From Candidatus Altiarchaeota archaeon (GTDB lineage Archaea; Altiarchaeota; Altiarchaeia; IMC4; SCGC-AAA252-I15), in contig JAZDIN010000029.1 in NCBI GenBank assembly GCA_043804895.1, positions 1-18,980 of the forward strand: DNA of 18,980 bases, given 5' to 3'. Both the position numbers and the translations under genes were made by a program. Below the pieces are notes generated by a model that was given only the letters and a program-made list of their open reading frames with translations, searched no databases and was not told the origin of the DNA. Below, piece by piece: positions 7,598-15,470 of the stretch. The first letter of the stretch is position 1. Every line of letters begins with the position of its first letter.

Positions 7598-8029
7598 ATG
7601 AAAGCTGCGCAAACGAGGACGTTCAACCTGGATGAGTTCTGCCCGATAAGGCAGACTGTGAGACTCCTTGGGAAACAGTGGACCATGCTCATAATAAGCG
7701 AACTCAACTATGGGAAGCGGAAGAAGCTCAGCTTCATGGACCTAAGCCGGAAGCTTAAGAGCGCAAGCAGCAAAGTGCTCTCAGAAAGGCTTAAGGAGAT
7801 GGCGCAAGACAGCCTGATAAGGCGTAGGGTGGATGATACTTCTAAGCCTGCGAGGGTCTACTACTCTTTAACAAAGAAGGGCCGGGATGCATGCGACATA
7901 CTCGAGGAGTTCAAGAAGTACGGGCTGAAATGGGGCGACAAGAGGACGGTCGACTGTTCAACGGTTGAATGCGAACTGTGCCCTAGGAAGGACGAGGCTG
8001 CCGCATCAGCCTCAAGTGTTCGAGTTTGA
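7598..8029 (+). CDS. HxlR/DUF24 (MarR-type winged HTH) transcriptional regulator
   Basis: FCPIRQTVRLLGKQWTMLII...SSKVLSERLKEM...RVYYSLTKKG; N-terminal Cys as in thiol-sensing DUF24 members; C-terminal CxxxxCxxC. Confidence 0.92.
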   Translation: MKAAQTRTFNLDEFCPIRQTVRLLGKQWTMLIISELNYGKRKKLSFMDLSRKLKSASSKVLSERLKEMAQDSLIRRRVDDTSKPARVYYSLTKKGRDACDILEEFKKYGLKWGDKRTVDCSTVECELCPRKDEAAASASSVRV

Positions 8030-8405
8030 TGCACCTCTTGTACACTACTAGTATACCATTCTCATGCGCCAATTCACGAGCCTCCAGGTCATCAATACCA
8101 AGCTGCAGCCAAATCGCTTTCGGCTTCAGCTTAACAGCCTCCTTGACTATACCTAACACCTCAGCGCTCGGCCTGAATACGTCAACTACATCCACTTGCT
8201 CTTTGATGTCGCTTAAGCTCTTGTAGGACTTCTCTCCGAGTATCTAATCAGCTGAAGGATTAACCGGTATTATCCTGTACCCCTCCTCCTGCAGGTATTT
8301 CGGCACCTTATAGGCGTCCTTCTCAGGGTCTTTCGAGCATCCTACGACTGCGACAGTCCTTGCACTCTCGAGAATATGCCTAACCCCCTCGTCAGTCAAG
8401 GCCAC
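7983..8405 (-). pseudogene. CoA-binding protein (YccU-like) interrupted by a single in-frame TAG at 8244-8246
   Basis: ORFs 8244..8486 and 7983..8195 are in the same frame: TVAVVGCS...YRIIPVNPSAD*ILGEKSYKSLSDI...VDVVDVFRP...KAIWLQLGI...VVYKRCIKLEH. Probable start GTG 8405. Confidence 0.85.
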
Positions 8406-8416
8406 AGTAATTGGAT

Positions 8417-8815
8417 TCAGGCTTCTGTCTTCATTTTGAAGACTATGAATGCTGTTATGATTACTCCATACCCTAGGAGGACCCATTTCATCGGCACTAA
8501 GTCGGAGATTACCAATATCGTCCCGAATATGAGGGCTAGGAGGCCGGTCGTGAGTAGGATGGCCTCGACTATCGCCCTGAAGAAGGCTTTTTTAACTGCG
8601 TATCCTGTCTTTATCGCCTCCTCCTTCAGCTCCTCTACCTTCTCTTTAGCGTCTTCCTTGAAGTGCTGTACTCTCTTCTCAACCTCGTATCTCTGCGCCA
8701 TGAACTTTATCAGGAACGATCCCACGCTGTCGACGACGTCTAAGGCTGAGCCGAACGGAACTCCGCGGAGTAGTCCCTTAGGTTTCTCCTCCTTCTTATC
8801 CGACTTCTTCGCCAT
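8417..8815 (-). CDS. Membrane protein with a coiled segment and two C-terminal TMs (YqjE/holin-like, tentative)
   Basis: 132 aa; GAGGT SD; begins 1 nt after the stop codon of the upstream gene; hydrophobic C-terminal helices. Confidence 0.7.
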   Translation of the reverse strand: MAKKSDKKEEKPKGLLRGVPFGSALDVVDSVGSFLIKFMAQRYEVEKRVQHFKEDAKEKVEELKEEAIKTGYAVKKAFFRAIVEAILLTTGLLALIFGTILVISDLVPMKWVLLGYGVIITAFIVFKMKTEA

Positions 8816-8816
8816 C

Positions 8817-9122
8817 TTACCTCTTTTTCAGCTTAGACATGACGAACGCGCCGACTATCGCGCCTATCGCAGCTGATGCGAGTGCGGCTCCTGCAGGGTT
8901 CCTTCTGACTTCTGTCTCTATCCTCCTGCCTGCCTTTTGGACGTTCTTCTTCGCTATATTCCTGTACTTGCCTGCCTGCTTCTTCCAGTCCTTCCCTGAC
9001 ATCTTCACTGCCTTCTGGTAGTTTTCGACAAGCTTCTTCTCAGCGTTTTTGATTGCGTTCTTAATCCTGGTCTTCTGTGCTAGTGTCAGCACCTTTCTAG
9101 TAACCTTTTTCTTGCTAGCCAT
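8817..9122 (-). CDS. Basic tail-anchored protein, ElaB/YqjD (DUF883)-like C-terminus
   Basis: EVRRNPAGAALASAAIGAIVGAFVMSKLKKR matches the VRxNP-hydrophobic GxxxG-basic tail pattern; SD GAGGTGA and TATA TTTATATT upstream. Confidence 0.7.
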   Translation of the reverse strand: MASKKKVTRKVLTLAQKTRIKNAIKNAEKKLVENYQKAVKMSGKDWKKQAGKYRNIAKKNVQKAGRRIETEVRRNPAGAALASAAIGAIVGAFVMSKLKKR

Positions 9123-9172
9123 TTCATCACCTCAGAAATAATACTATAACTTGACAGTAGTATAATATAAAC

Positions 9173-10150
9173 TCATTCCAGCGTATATCCCCACCTCCAT
9201 TTCGTGTTCCTGTAAACGGCCTTCACCTCAGCTTTCAGGGCGTCTCCTTTCCTGACCTTCATCCTCTGGTCGTTCGGGAGGAAAACCTGCTTCCAGTGCG
9301 TCTGTGGCTTCCTCGGGTCTGTTGAGAGCGTCACATTCTTTGAGAGTTTCGCCTCAAAGTACATGACGCAACCGTGGAATTCCCCGTCCGAGTCCATCCT
9401 GAACCTTCCGCTGTATTTTATATTCTTTCCCCCCTCGGTTGTGAGGTCTATCTCCGCAATCCTCTGCGGTTGAGAGAGGAACTTCGACCTGCTCATGTCA
9501 TAATTCCTTATCTCATGCGGGACCTTCTCGACAGCGGAGTAGTCTACCTCATAGAGCATCCTCCAGAAGCCGAGGCCAGCGTCAGGCGACTCCACAGGCG
9601 CGAGGTATATGTCAATCCTCTCAGGCATGATTCTCCCTCCTTTTTTCAGGAACTTCAGGGCGTTTTCGGTCTTGTAGATGATGCCCTCGTCTGTTATGTG
9701 CATGCCCAAGAGCTCGCAGATTATGCAGTCGACCTTTTCTATATCCAGGTCTCTCAAGTCAGCCCTGATGAACTCAACATTTCCTATCCCGTTCTTCTTC
9801 GCCGTTTTTCCGGCCACATCTATTATGCTCGCTGAATCGACTCCGATGACCTTCCCAGCCCCTGCCTTAGCTGCCAGGAACGCTAGTATCCCAGTCCCAG
9901 TTCCGAGGTCCAGCACCCTGTCGCCAGGCTTCACAGTCTCCTCTATGGCCTTCCGGAACGCCTCAACCCTAACCCTGTCCTCAAGGAGCGTCCGGTGGAC
10001 GTCCAACTTAGACCACGTGTACTGGTAGGCCGTGTCAGTGAAAAAATACGCAGCCATCAAATCATCGAAAAAAATCGTCGAATCACTGGCCCTCATAATC
10101 AAATCACGCCACAGAATCCTCGGAATCCTCCTCAAATCAGAAAAAACCAT
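9173..10150 (-). CDS. Protein-arginine N-methyltransferase (PRMT)-like SAM-dependent methyltransferase
   Basis: VHRTLLEDRVR helix, VLDLGTGTGILAFLAAKAGAGKVIGVD, double-E loop IICELLGMHITDE, FLKKGGRIMP, FW..LYEVDYS, FHGCVMYF and LSTDPRKPQTHWKQ (THW loop). Confidence 0.88.
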   Translation of the reverse strand: MVFSDLRRIPRILWRDLIMRASDSTIFFDDLMAAYFFTDTAYQYTWSKLDVHRTLLEDRVRVEAFRKAIEETVKPGDRVLDLGTGTGILAFLAAKAGAGKVIGVDSASIIDVAGKTAKKNGIGNVEFIRADLRDLDIEKVDCIICELLGMHITDEGIIYKTENALKFLKKGGRIMPERIDIYLAPVESPDAGLGFWRMLYEVDYSAVEKVPHEIRNYDMSRSKFLSQPQRIAEIDLTTEGGKNIKYSGRFRMDSDGEFHGCVMYFEAKLSKNVTLSTDPRKPQTHWKQVFLPNDQRMKVRKGDALKAEVKAVYRNTKWRWGYTLE

Positions 10151-10152
10151 TT

Positions 10153-10677
10153 TTACTCGGTAGTTATGTCTGCTCTGTCTTTTCCGCCGTCGACTTCGGT
10201 GAGCCTTACCTTTATCTTCTCCTTCACTGAGGTGGGTATCTGCGTGCCTACGTAGTCTGCTGTTATTGGGAGTTCCCTGTGGCCTCGGTCTATGAGGGCT
10301 GCGGTTTTGATGCTCCTGGGCCTGCCGAATTTTATGAGGGCGTCCATGGCGGCCCTTATGGTCCTGCCTGTGGACATGACGTCATCGACTAGTATCACGT
10401 CTTTTCCGGTTATTGGAAACGGTATGTCAGTCCTGTCTTCTATGCTGCCGTCTTTTCGGTCGTCGCGGTACGGTCTCGTGTCCAACACCCCAAGGTGCAA
10501 TTCTATCCTGGCCTCCTCCTTGATTGCCTTTTGGATTCTTCCAGCCAGTGTGGCGCCCCTCGTCAATATCCCCACGAGTACGACGTTCCCCAGGTTAGCA
10601 TTTTCCTCGATAATCTCCTCAGTGACTTTTTTCACGCACTCCCTGAGCTCCAGATGGTTGAGCACCTGTTTTTTCAT
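10153..10677 (-). CDS. pyrR: PyrR: pyrimidine attenuation regulator / uracil phosphoribosyltransferase
   Basis: GILTRG, LD.RPYRDD, VILVDDVMSTGRTIRAAMDAL, GRP and LIDRGHRELPITADYVG. Confidence 0.92.
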   Translation of the reverse strand: MKKQVLNHLELRECVKKVTEEIIEENANLGNVVLVGILTRGATLAGRIQKAIKEEARIELHLGVLDTRPYRDDRKDGSIEDRTDIPFPITGKDVILVDDVMSTGRTIRAAMDALIKFGRPRSIKTAALIDRGHRELPITADYVGTQIPTSVKEKIKVRLTEVDGGKDRADITTE

Positions 10678-11321
10678 TTTCTAGATTTGTTTATCAGCGA
10701 CCTTACTATATCCACTGCCTTAAGCGAGTCCTTCTTCTCGACAATAAGGAACGTGTTGTCGTAGCTTGACGTCACTTCCACGACGTTTATCCTGCTGCCT
10801 CCGAGGGCCATCATGAGGTGGGCTATCACGCCCGGGGTTTCCACGATCTCCTTCGGGCTTGTTATTATTATGGCGCTGAGGTTGCTTATCCTCTTTATCA
10901 GGTTCTCCTTTTTATACCTGATCTCATCGAGGAGTTCGTCGTCGACGAGTATCGTGGTCGTGCCGATGCCTTGTATGTTCACGTAGAAGTTGCTAGTCTT
11001 CTTGCCCTCCGTCTGCAGCGGCTCCACCAAACCCCGTATATATACTATGCTTATGTCGTCCCGAAGTTGCAGCCTGCTTCTCCCGAAGATGCCTGAATAC
11101 CTTGCGTCCGCCTCCCTTTTGATTCTCCCACCAAGCCGTTGGAGCGCGACAGCTATCGTGCCTATGCTAGTGTTCCTTCCAGAAAGTGAGGACACCTCCT
11201 TTTGTATCTCCCTTGCAAGCCTTCTGTTGTTGGTTATTCCCATGCGGATTGCATCGTGTATCCGCAGGTCAGATTTTACTGCCTCCTCAACAGCGTCTGC
11301 GATTGACTTTTTTCCTTCCAC
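10674..11321 (-). CDS. Archaeal ACT-domain protein with a helical N-terminal (putative DNA-binding) domain
   Basis: Probable GTG start at 11321. N-terminal GITNNRRLAREI...TIAVALQR; C-terminal ACT-like ETPGVIAHLMMALGGSRINVVEVTSSYDNTFLIV. Overlaps pyrR by 4 bp. Confidence 0.8.
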   Translation of the reverse strand: MEGKKSIADAVEEAVKSDLRIHDAIRMGITNNRRLAREIQKEVSSLSGRNTSIGTIAVALQRLGGRIKREADARYSGIFGRSRLQLRDDISIVYIRGLVEPLQTEGKKTSNFYVNIQGIGTTTILVDDELLDEIRYKKENLIKRISNLSAIIITSPKEIVETPGVIAHLMMALGGSRINVVEVTSSYDNTFLIVEKKDSLKAVDIVRSLINKSRK

Positions 11322-11414
11322 GGTGTTATATATGTAACATCCTGTATAAAAATGTATCAAATAAAACACAAAGTTTTATCCATGTAACAGGATATCCTAT
11401 AACTGGGGATAACC
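11322..11414. promoter_or_regulatory. Divergent promoter region with several dyads
   Basis: GTTATATATGTAAC (11325-11338); ATAAAAC-acaaa-GTTTTAT (11361-11379); GTAACAGGAT/ATCCTATAAC (11384-11403, 8/10 palindromic); ATGTAACA occurs twice. Confidence 0.6.
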
Positions 11415-12674
11415 ATGGACGCAAAGGAAATACTGAAAAAGATTGAAGGGATGCCAATACCAAAAGTTAAAAAGACTTGTCTAGCATATTCAGGAGGACT
11501 CGACTCATCACTTGGTGTGGAATTCTTAAGAAGGATATACAAGGTCGATGAGATAGTCCCAGTCATGCTGGACGTCGGCCAAGGAGAGGAGGAGATAGAA
11601 GAAGCCTATCGTAAGGCAAAGATAATGGGGATAAAGCCGATCCTCGTGGACGTGAAGGAAGAGTTCACTGAAGTCTGGCTTGGCAAGGCTATACGCGCTA
11701 ACAGCAACTACAACGGCTACCCTGTTTCGACGTCGATGACAAGGCAGCTTGTCGCAAAGTACGTCGCCGAGGAGGCTGTGAAGCACGGCTGCGACTCCTT
11801 CCTCGAAGGCTGCACAGGCAAAGGCAACGACCAGTACAGGATGCACAACGTGTTCACCTACTTCGCTCCTGGACTTGAGGTACTGCAGCCTGTCCGCGAC
11901 TTCGACCTCACCCGCGGCGAGGAGGAACTACTCTGCAAGGAATGGGGCGTGCCGGTGAAAGAGCAGATAACAGGCGGAGACGACAAGACGATGTGGTGTC
12001 GCTCCATCGCCTCAGGCGCAGTCGACCTCAACCAGAAGCTCGCAGACGACATATGGATGTGGTTAGTTCCACCAGAGAAGGCCCCTGACAAGCCGACTGA
12101 AATCGAGATTGAATTCGCTGAAGGAATACCGGTCGCACTCAACGGCAAGAAAAAAACCCTCGCCGACATCATCATGGAACTGAATGTCCTCGGAGGCAAG
12201 AACGGAATCGGAAAAATAGACATGTTCGAGGACGGTATCATGGAGATGAAAAGCCGCGAAATCTACGAGGCCCCGGGAGCCCACATACTGCTGAAGCTGC
12301 ACAGCGACCTTGAGCAGTTGTGCCTGACGAAGGAGGAGATACAGTTCAAGAAGATGGTGGACGCGAAATGGTCTTACATGGTCTACCACGGGGAATGGTA
12401 TCACCCCCTGAAGGAGGACCTTGACGCATTCATAGAACAGAGCCAGAAGGTCGTGAACGGCACATACAAGGTCAAGTTGTACAAGGGCAACATAGACATA
12501 ATCGATCGCGAATCAGATACAGGTCTCTTCAACCAGGAGATGCGCTCCATAAAGAGCAGGGGATTCGACCAGCGCTGGAGCATAGGCTATGCGAAGGTGA
12601 AGGGACTGCCCTGGCTGATACTCGCCAAAGCAGGCAGAGGGAAGGCGGAATCACCAAAGAAAAGTCGTGCATGA
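11415..12674 (+). CDS. Argininosuccinate-synthase-family protein, divergent paralog
   Basis: Retains [23 protein letters not shown] and MKSREIYEAP; several citrulline-pocket motifs differ from canonical ArgG. Confidence 0.85.
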   Translation: MDAKEILKKIEGMPIPKVKKTCLAYSGGLDSSLGVEFLRRIYKVDEIVPVMLDVGQGEEEIEEAYRKAKIMGIKPILVDVKEEFTEVWLGKAIRANSNYNGYPVSTSMTRQLVAKYVAEEAVKHGCDSFLEGCTGKGNDQYRMHNVFTYFAPGLEVLQPVRDFDLTRGEEELLCKEWGVPVKEQITGGDDKTMWCRSIASGAVDLNQKLADDIWMWLVPPEKAPDKPTEIEIEFAEGIPVALNGKKKTLADIIMELNVLGGKNGIGKIDMFEDGIMEMKSREIYEAPGAHILLKLHSDLEQLCLTKEEIQFKKMVDAKWSYMVYHGEWYHPLKEDLDAFIEQSQKVVNGTYKVKLYKGNIDIIDRESDTGLFNQEMRSIKSRGFDQRWSIGYAKVKGLPWLILAKAGRGKAESPKKSRA

Positions 12675-12710
12675 AGGAGGGTGGTGGCTCAACCACCCGC
12701 CTTTAATATA
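12674..12710 (+). terminator. GC-rich hairpin after the ArgG paralog, followed by a TATA-like box for argH
   Basis: AAGG-A-GGGTGGT / loop GGCTCA / ACCACCC-G-CCTT (12674-12703), then TTTAATATA (12702-12710) about 24 bp before the argH ATG. Confidence 0.5.
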
Positions 12711-12733
12711 TCACTCCAATATTAGGGTATACT

Positions 12734-14245
12734 ATGGCGAAACTCTGGGGCGGACGGTTCGAGAAGGACTTCACGAAGGAGGTCGAACACTTCGTGCAAT
12801 CCATTGAAGTTGACAGCGAGATGATTCTCGAGGACATATGGGGCAGCGAAGCCCACGCCATAATGCTCGCCAAATGCGGCATCATCACGTCCAAAGACCT
12901 GAAGAAGATACTCCAATCCCTCGAGAAGGCCAGAAAAGACTATCAATCCGGCAAACTAGTCCTTCGCGAACACGACGAGGACGTCCACATGAACGTCGAA
13001 AATTACATCATCAAAGGCGCAGGCCCAGAGTACGGCGGAAAGCTCCACACTGCAAGAAGCAGAAACGACCAGGTCCTGGTCGACGCGAAACTGCACATAC
13101 GCTACAAGATACTTGATGTGAAGAAAAAGGTGGTGAACCTCCAGAACGTGTTCCTGAAGATAGCATCAGAGAACCTGGAGACTCCAGTTCCAGGCTACAC
13201 CCACACCCAGGACGCGCAGCCGATAACGCTCGCTTACTGGGCGACAGCATATGTCAGCGCACTCAACCGCGACCTGGAACGCCTGGACCACGCATACTCG
13301 AACGTGGACACGAACCCTCTCGGCTCCTGCGCCCTAGCCGGGACTAGCTTCCCGATAGACCGGATGATGACCACGAAGCTCCTAGGGTTCGGCGCAGTCC
13401 ACAAGCACAGCCTCGACGTGATAAGCTCACGCGACTTCGCAGCTGAGACGATGTGCGCCCTTGCGATACTGATGAGCAACCTCAGCAAACTCGCTGAGGA
13501 GATAGTCTACTGGAGCACATACGAGTTCGGCATACTCGAGCTAGACGACAGCTACACTGCAGGCTCGTCAATAATGCCGCAGAAAAAGAACCCGTGCGTG
13601 GCAGAACTCATACGCGGCCGCACAGGCCGTGTGTACGGTTCGCTGGTTCAGCTTCTCACCATGATGAAGGGGATACCGATGGGATACAACCGCGACCTGC
13701 AGGAGGACAAGCCCCCCCTGTGGAACACGTTCAAGGTGATTGAAGCCACTCTCGACGTCACAGCAGGTATGATAGATACGATGAAGGTGAACAAGGAGCG
13801 CCTCGCAGAGCTTTCTGGAGCGAACTTCACCACCGCGACGGAACTTGCGAACCACCTAGTCCGCGAGCACGGCCTCACGTTCAGGCAGTGCCATCACATA
13901 GTCGGCGGCCTCGTCGGCGAACTGCACAGGAAGGGGAAGAATTTCATGGACTTCGACGAAGTCCATAGCATACTGTCGAAGCACGGCGTTGAGGTGAGCT
14001 TCGACGAGATGCGGCAGATATTCGACCCGAAGAAGAACATACACACATACAGGAGCCTCGGTAGCACGTCTCCGAAGGAAGTCTCGAAGATGATGGTCGA
14101 ATTCAGGAAAAATGTCGCTGAGAATGTGAAGAAAATCAACTCCCAAGAGAAGAGGATAGAGGATGCAAAGAAGCTCACACAGAAGTTAACATCCGCAGCC
14201 CTGAAAGACGCGGACATGAGAAAAATAAAATGGCAAAAAAGGTAG
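12734..14245 (+). CDS. argH: Argininosuccinate lyase
   Basis: [46 protein letters not shown] and YNRDLQEDK. Confidence 0.97.
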   Translation: MAKLWGGRFEKDFTKEVEHFVQSIEVDSEMILEDIWGSEAHAIMLAKCGIITSKDLKKILQSLEKARKDYQSGKLVLREHDEDVHMNVENYIIKGAGPEYGGKLHTARSRNDQVLVDAKLHIRYKILDVKKKVVNLQNVFLKIASENLETPVPGYTHTQDAQPITLAYWATAYVSALNRDLERLDHAYSNVDTNPLGSCALAGTSFPIDRMMTTKLLGFGAVHKHSLDVISSRDFAAETMCALAILMSNLSKLAEEIVYWSTYEFGILELDDSYTAGSSIMPQKKNPCVAELIRGRTGRVYGSLVQLLTMMKGIPMGYNRDLQEDKPPLWNTFKVIEATLDVTAGMIDTMKVNKERLAELSGANFTTATELANHLVREHGLTFRQCHHIVGGLVGELHRKGKNFMDFDEVHSILSKHGVEVSFDEMRQIFDPKKNIHTYRSLGSTSPKEVSKMMVEFRKNVAENVKKINSQEKRIEDAKKLTQKLTSAALKDADMRKIKWQKR

Positions 14246-15444
14246 TTCTAGCATACTCCGGCGGATTGGACACGAGCGTGATACTCAAGTGGCTGATAAA
14301 CAAAGGATACGAAGTCATAGCATACGTCGCAGACGTAGGCCAGGGAGACGACTTCCAGAAGGTCAAAAATAAGGCCCTCGCGGTCGGAGCGAAGAAAGTC
14401 TACGTTGAGGACTTGAAGGAGGAGTTCGTCCGGGACTTCGTGTTCAAGGCGTTGAAGTGCAACGCAATCTACGAGAACAAGTACCTGCTCGGGACTTCAG
14501 TCGCGAGGCCGCTGATTGCGAAACGCCATATTGAGGTAGCGCGGAAGGAGGGCACCAACATAGTCTCCCACGGCGCAACTGGGAAGGGCAACGACCAAGT
14601 CCGCTTCGAACTCACATACATGACTCTCATGCCTGGGGTGCACATAATCTCCCCCTGGAAGAACGACGAATTCCTCTCCCAGTTCCAAGGCCGCTCAGAC
14701 ATGCTAGAGTACGCGAGAAAGAACAAGATACCTGTGGAGGCGACGGTCAAGAATCCGTACAGCTCTGACGAGAACTTGATGCACAAGAGCTTCGAGGCCG
14801 GAATGCTCGAGGACCCTGATGCGCCAGCGCCAGCTGACATGTTCACAATGTCCGTGTCGCCGAAAGAAGCCCCAGACAAGGAAACCAATCTCAGAATAAC
14901 GTTCTCTAAGGGGGTGCCAGTGAGGGTGGAATGCGGCAACATCATTAAGACGAAGCCGCTTGACACCCTACTGTACCTGAACAAAATCGGCGGAGAAAAC
15001 GGTGTCGGCAGAATCGACCTCGTGGAAAACCGCTTCGTGGGCATGAAATCACGCGGAGTCTACGAGACGCCGGGCTACACAATCCTCAGAACAGCCCACA
15101 TGGACATCGAAGGCCTCACCATGGACCGCGAAGTCATGCACCTGCGGGACATGCTCACACCAAAGATATCAGAGCTCATGTATAATGGATTCTGGTTCTC
15201 ACCCGAGATGGACTTCCTGATGGCAGCGGTGGAGGAAAGCCAGAAGCACGTCTCAGGCACAGTCAAACTCAGCCTATACAAAGGCAACGTCACAGTCAAA
15301 GGCCGCAAATCCAGGGAAAGCCTATACGACGAGAACATAGCAAGCATGGACGTGCACGGCCGCTACGACCAGAAGGACGCGAAAGGATTCATCAAATTGA
15401 ACGCCCTCAGGCTCAGAACCTGGGCTGCGAAACACGGGAAGTAA
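14230..15444 (+). CDS. argG: Argininosuccinate synthase (canonical)
   Basis: [54 protein letters not shown] and [16 protein letters not shown]. Confidence 0.97.
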   Translation: MAKKVVLAYSGGLDTSVILKWLINKGYEVIAYVADVGQGDDFQKVKNKALAVGAKKVYVEDLKEEFVRDFVFKALKCNAIYENKYLLGTSVARPLIAKRHIEVARKEGTNIVSHGATGKGNDQVRFELTYMTLMPGVHIISPWKNDEFLSQFQGRSDMLEYARKNKIPVEATVKNPYSSDENLMHKSFEAGMLEDPDAPAPADMFTMSVSPKEAPDKETNLRITFSKGVPVRVECGNIIKTKPLDTLLYLNKIGGENGVGRIDLVENRFVGMKSRGVYETPGYTILRTAHMDIEGLTMDREVMHLRDMLTPKISELMYNGFWFSPEMDFLMAAVEESQKHVSGTVKLSLYKGNVTVKGRKSRESLYDENIASMDVHGRYDQKDAKGFIKLNALRLRTWAAKHGK

Positions 15445-15470
15445 TATACTAATCCTTCCTCCTCTTATAC

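Noticed and set aside
7983-8405. Genome-wide TAG recoding (pyrrolysine code)
   Set aside because: Several genes end in TAG at natural C-termini, including two convergent genes sharing CTAG at 17257-17260; no pyl genes in the window.
9151-9166. TTGACA and TATAAT, perfect bacterial -35/-10 hexamers
   Set aside because: Only 4 bp apart, pointing antisense into the PRMT-like gene, in an archaeal context; coincidental.
11322-11369. ORF-track N-terminal extensions (ACT gene from 11369; likewise 1173, 6094, 8486, 18005)
   Set aside because: They run through AT-rich promoter regions or neighbouring genes; downstream starts fit family N-termini better.
11415-15444. Recent tandem duplication or misassembly of argG
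   Set aside because: The two copies differ throughout, including conserved motifs, so they are old paralogs or xenologs.
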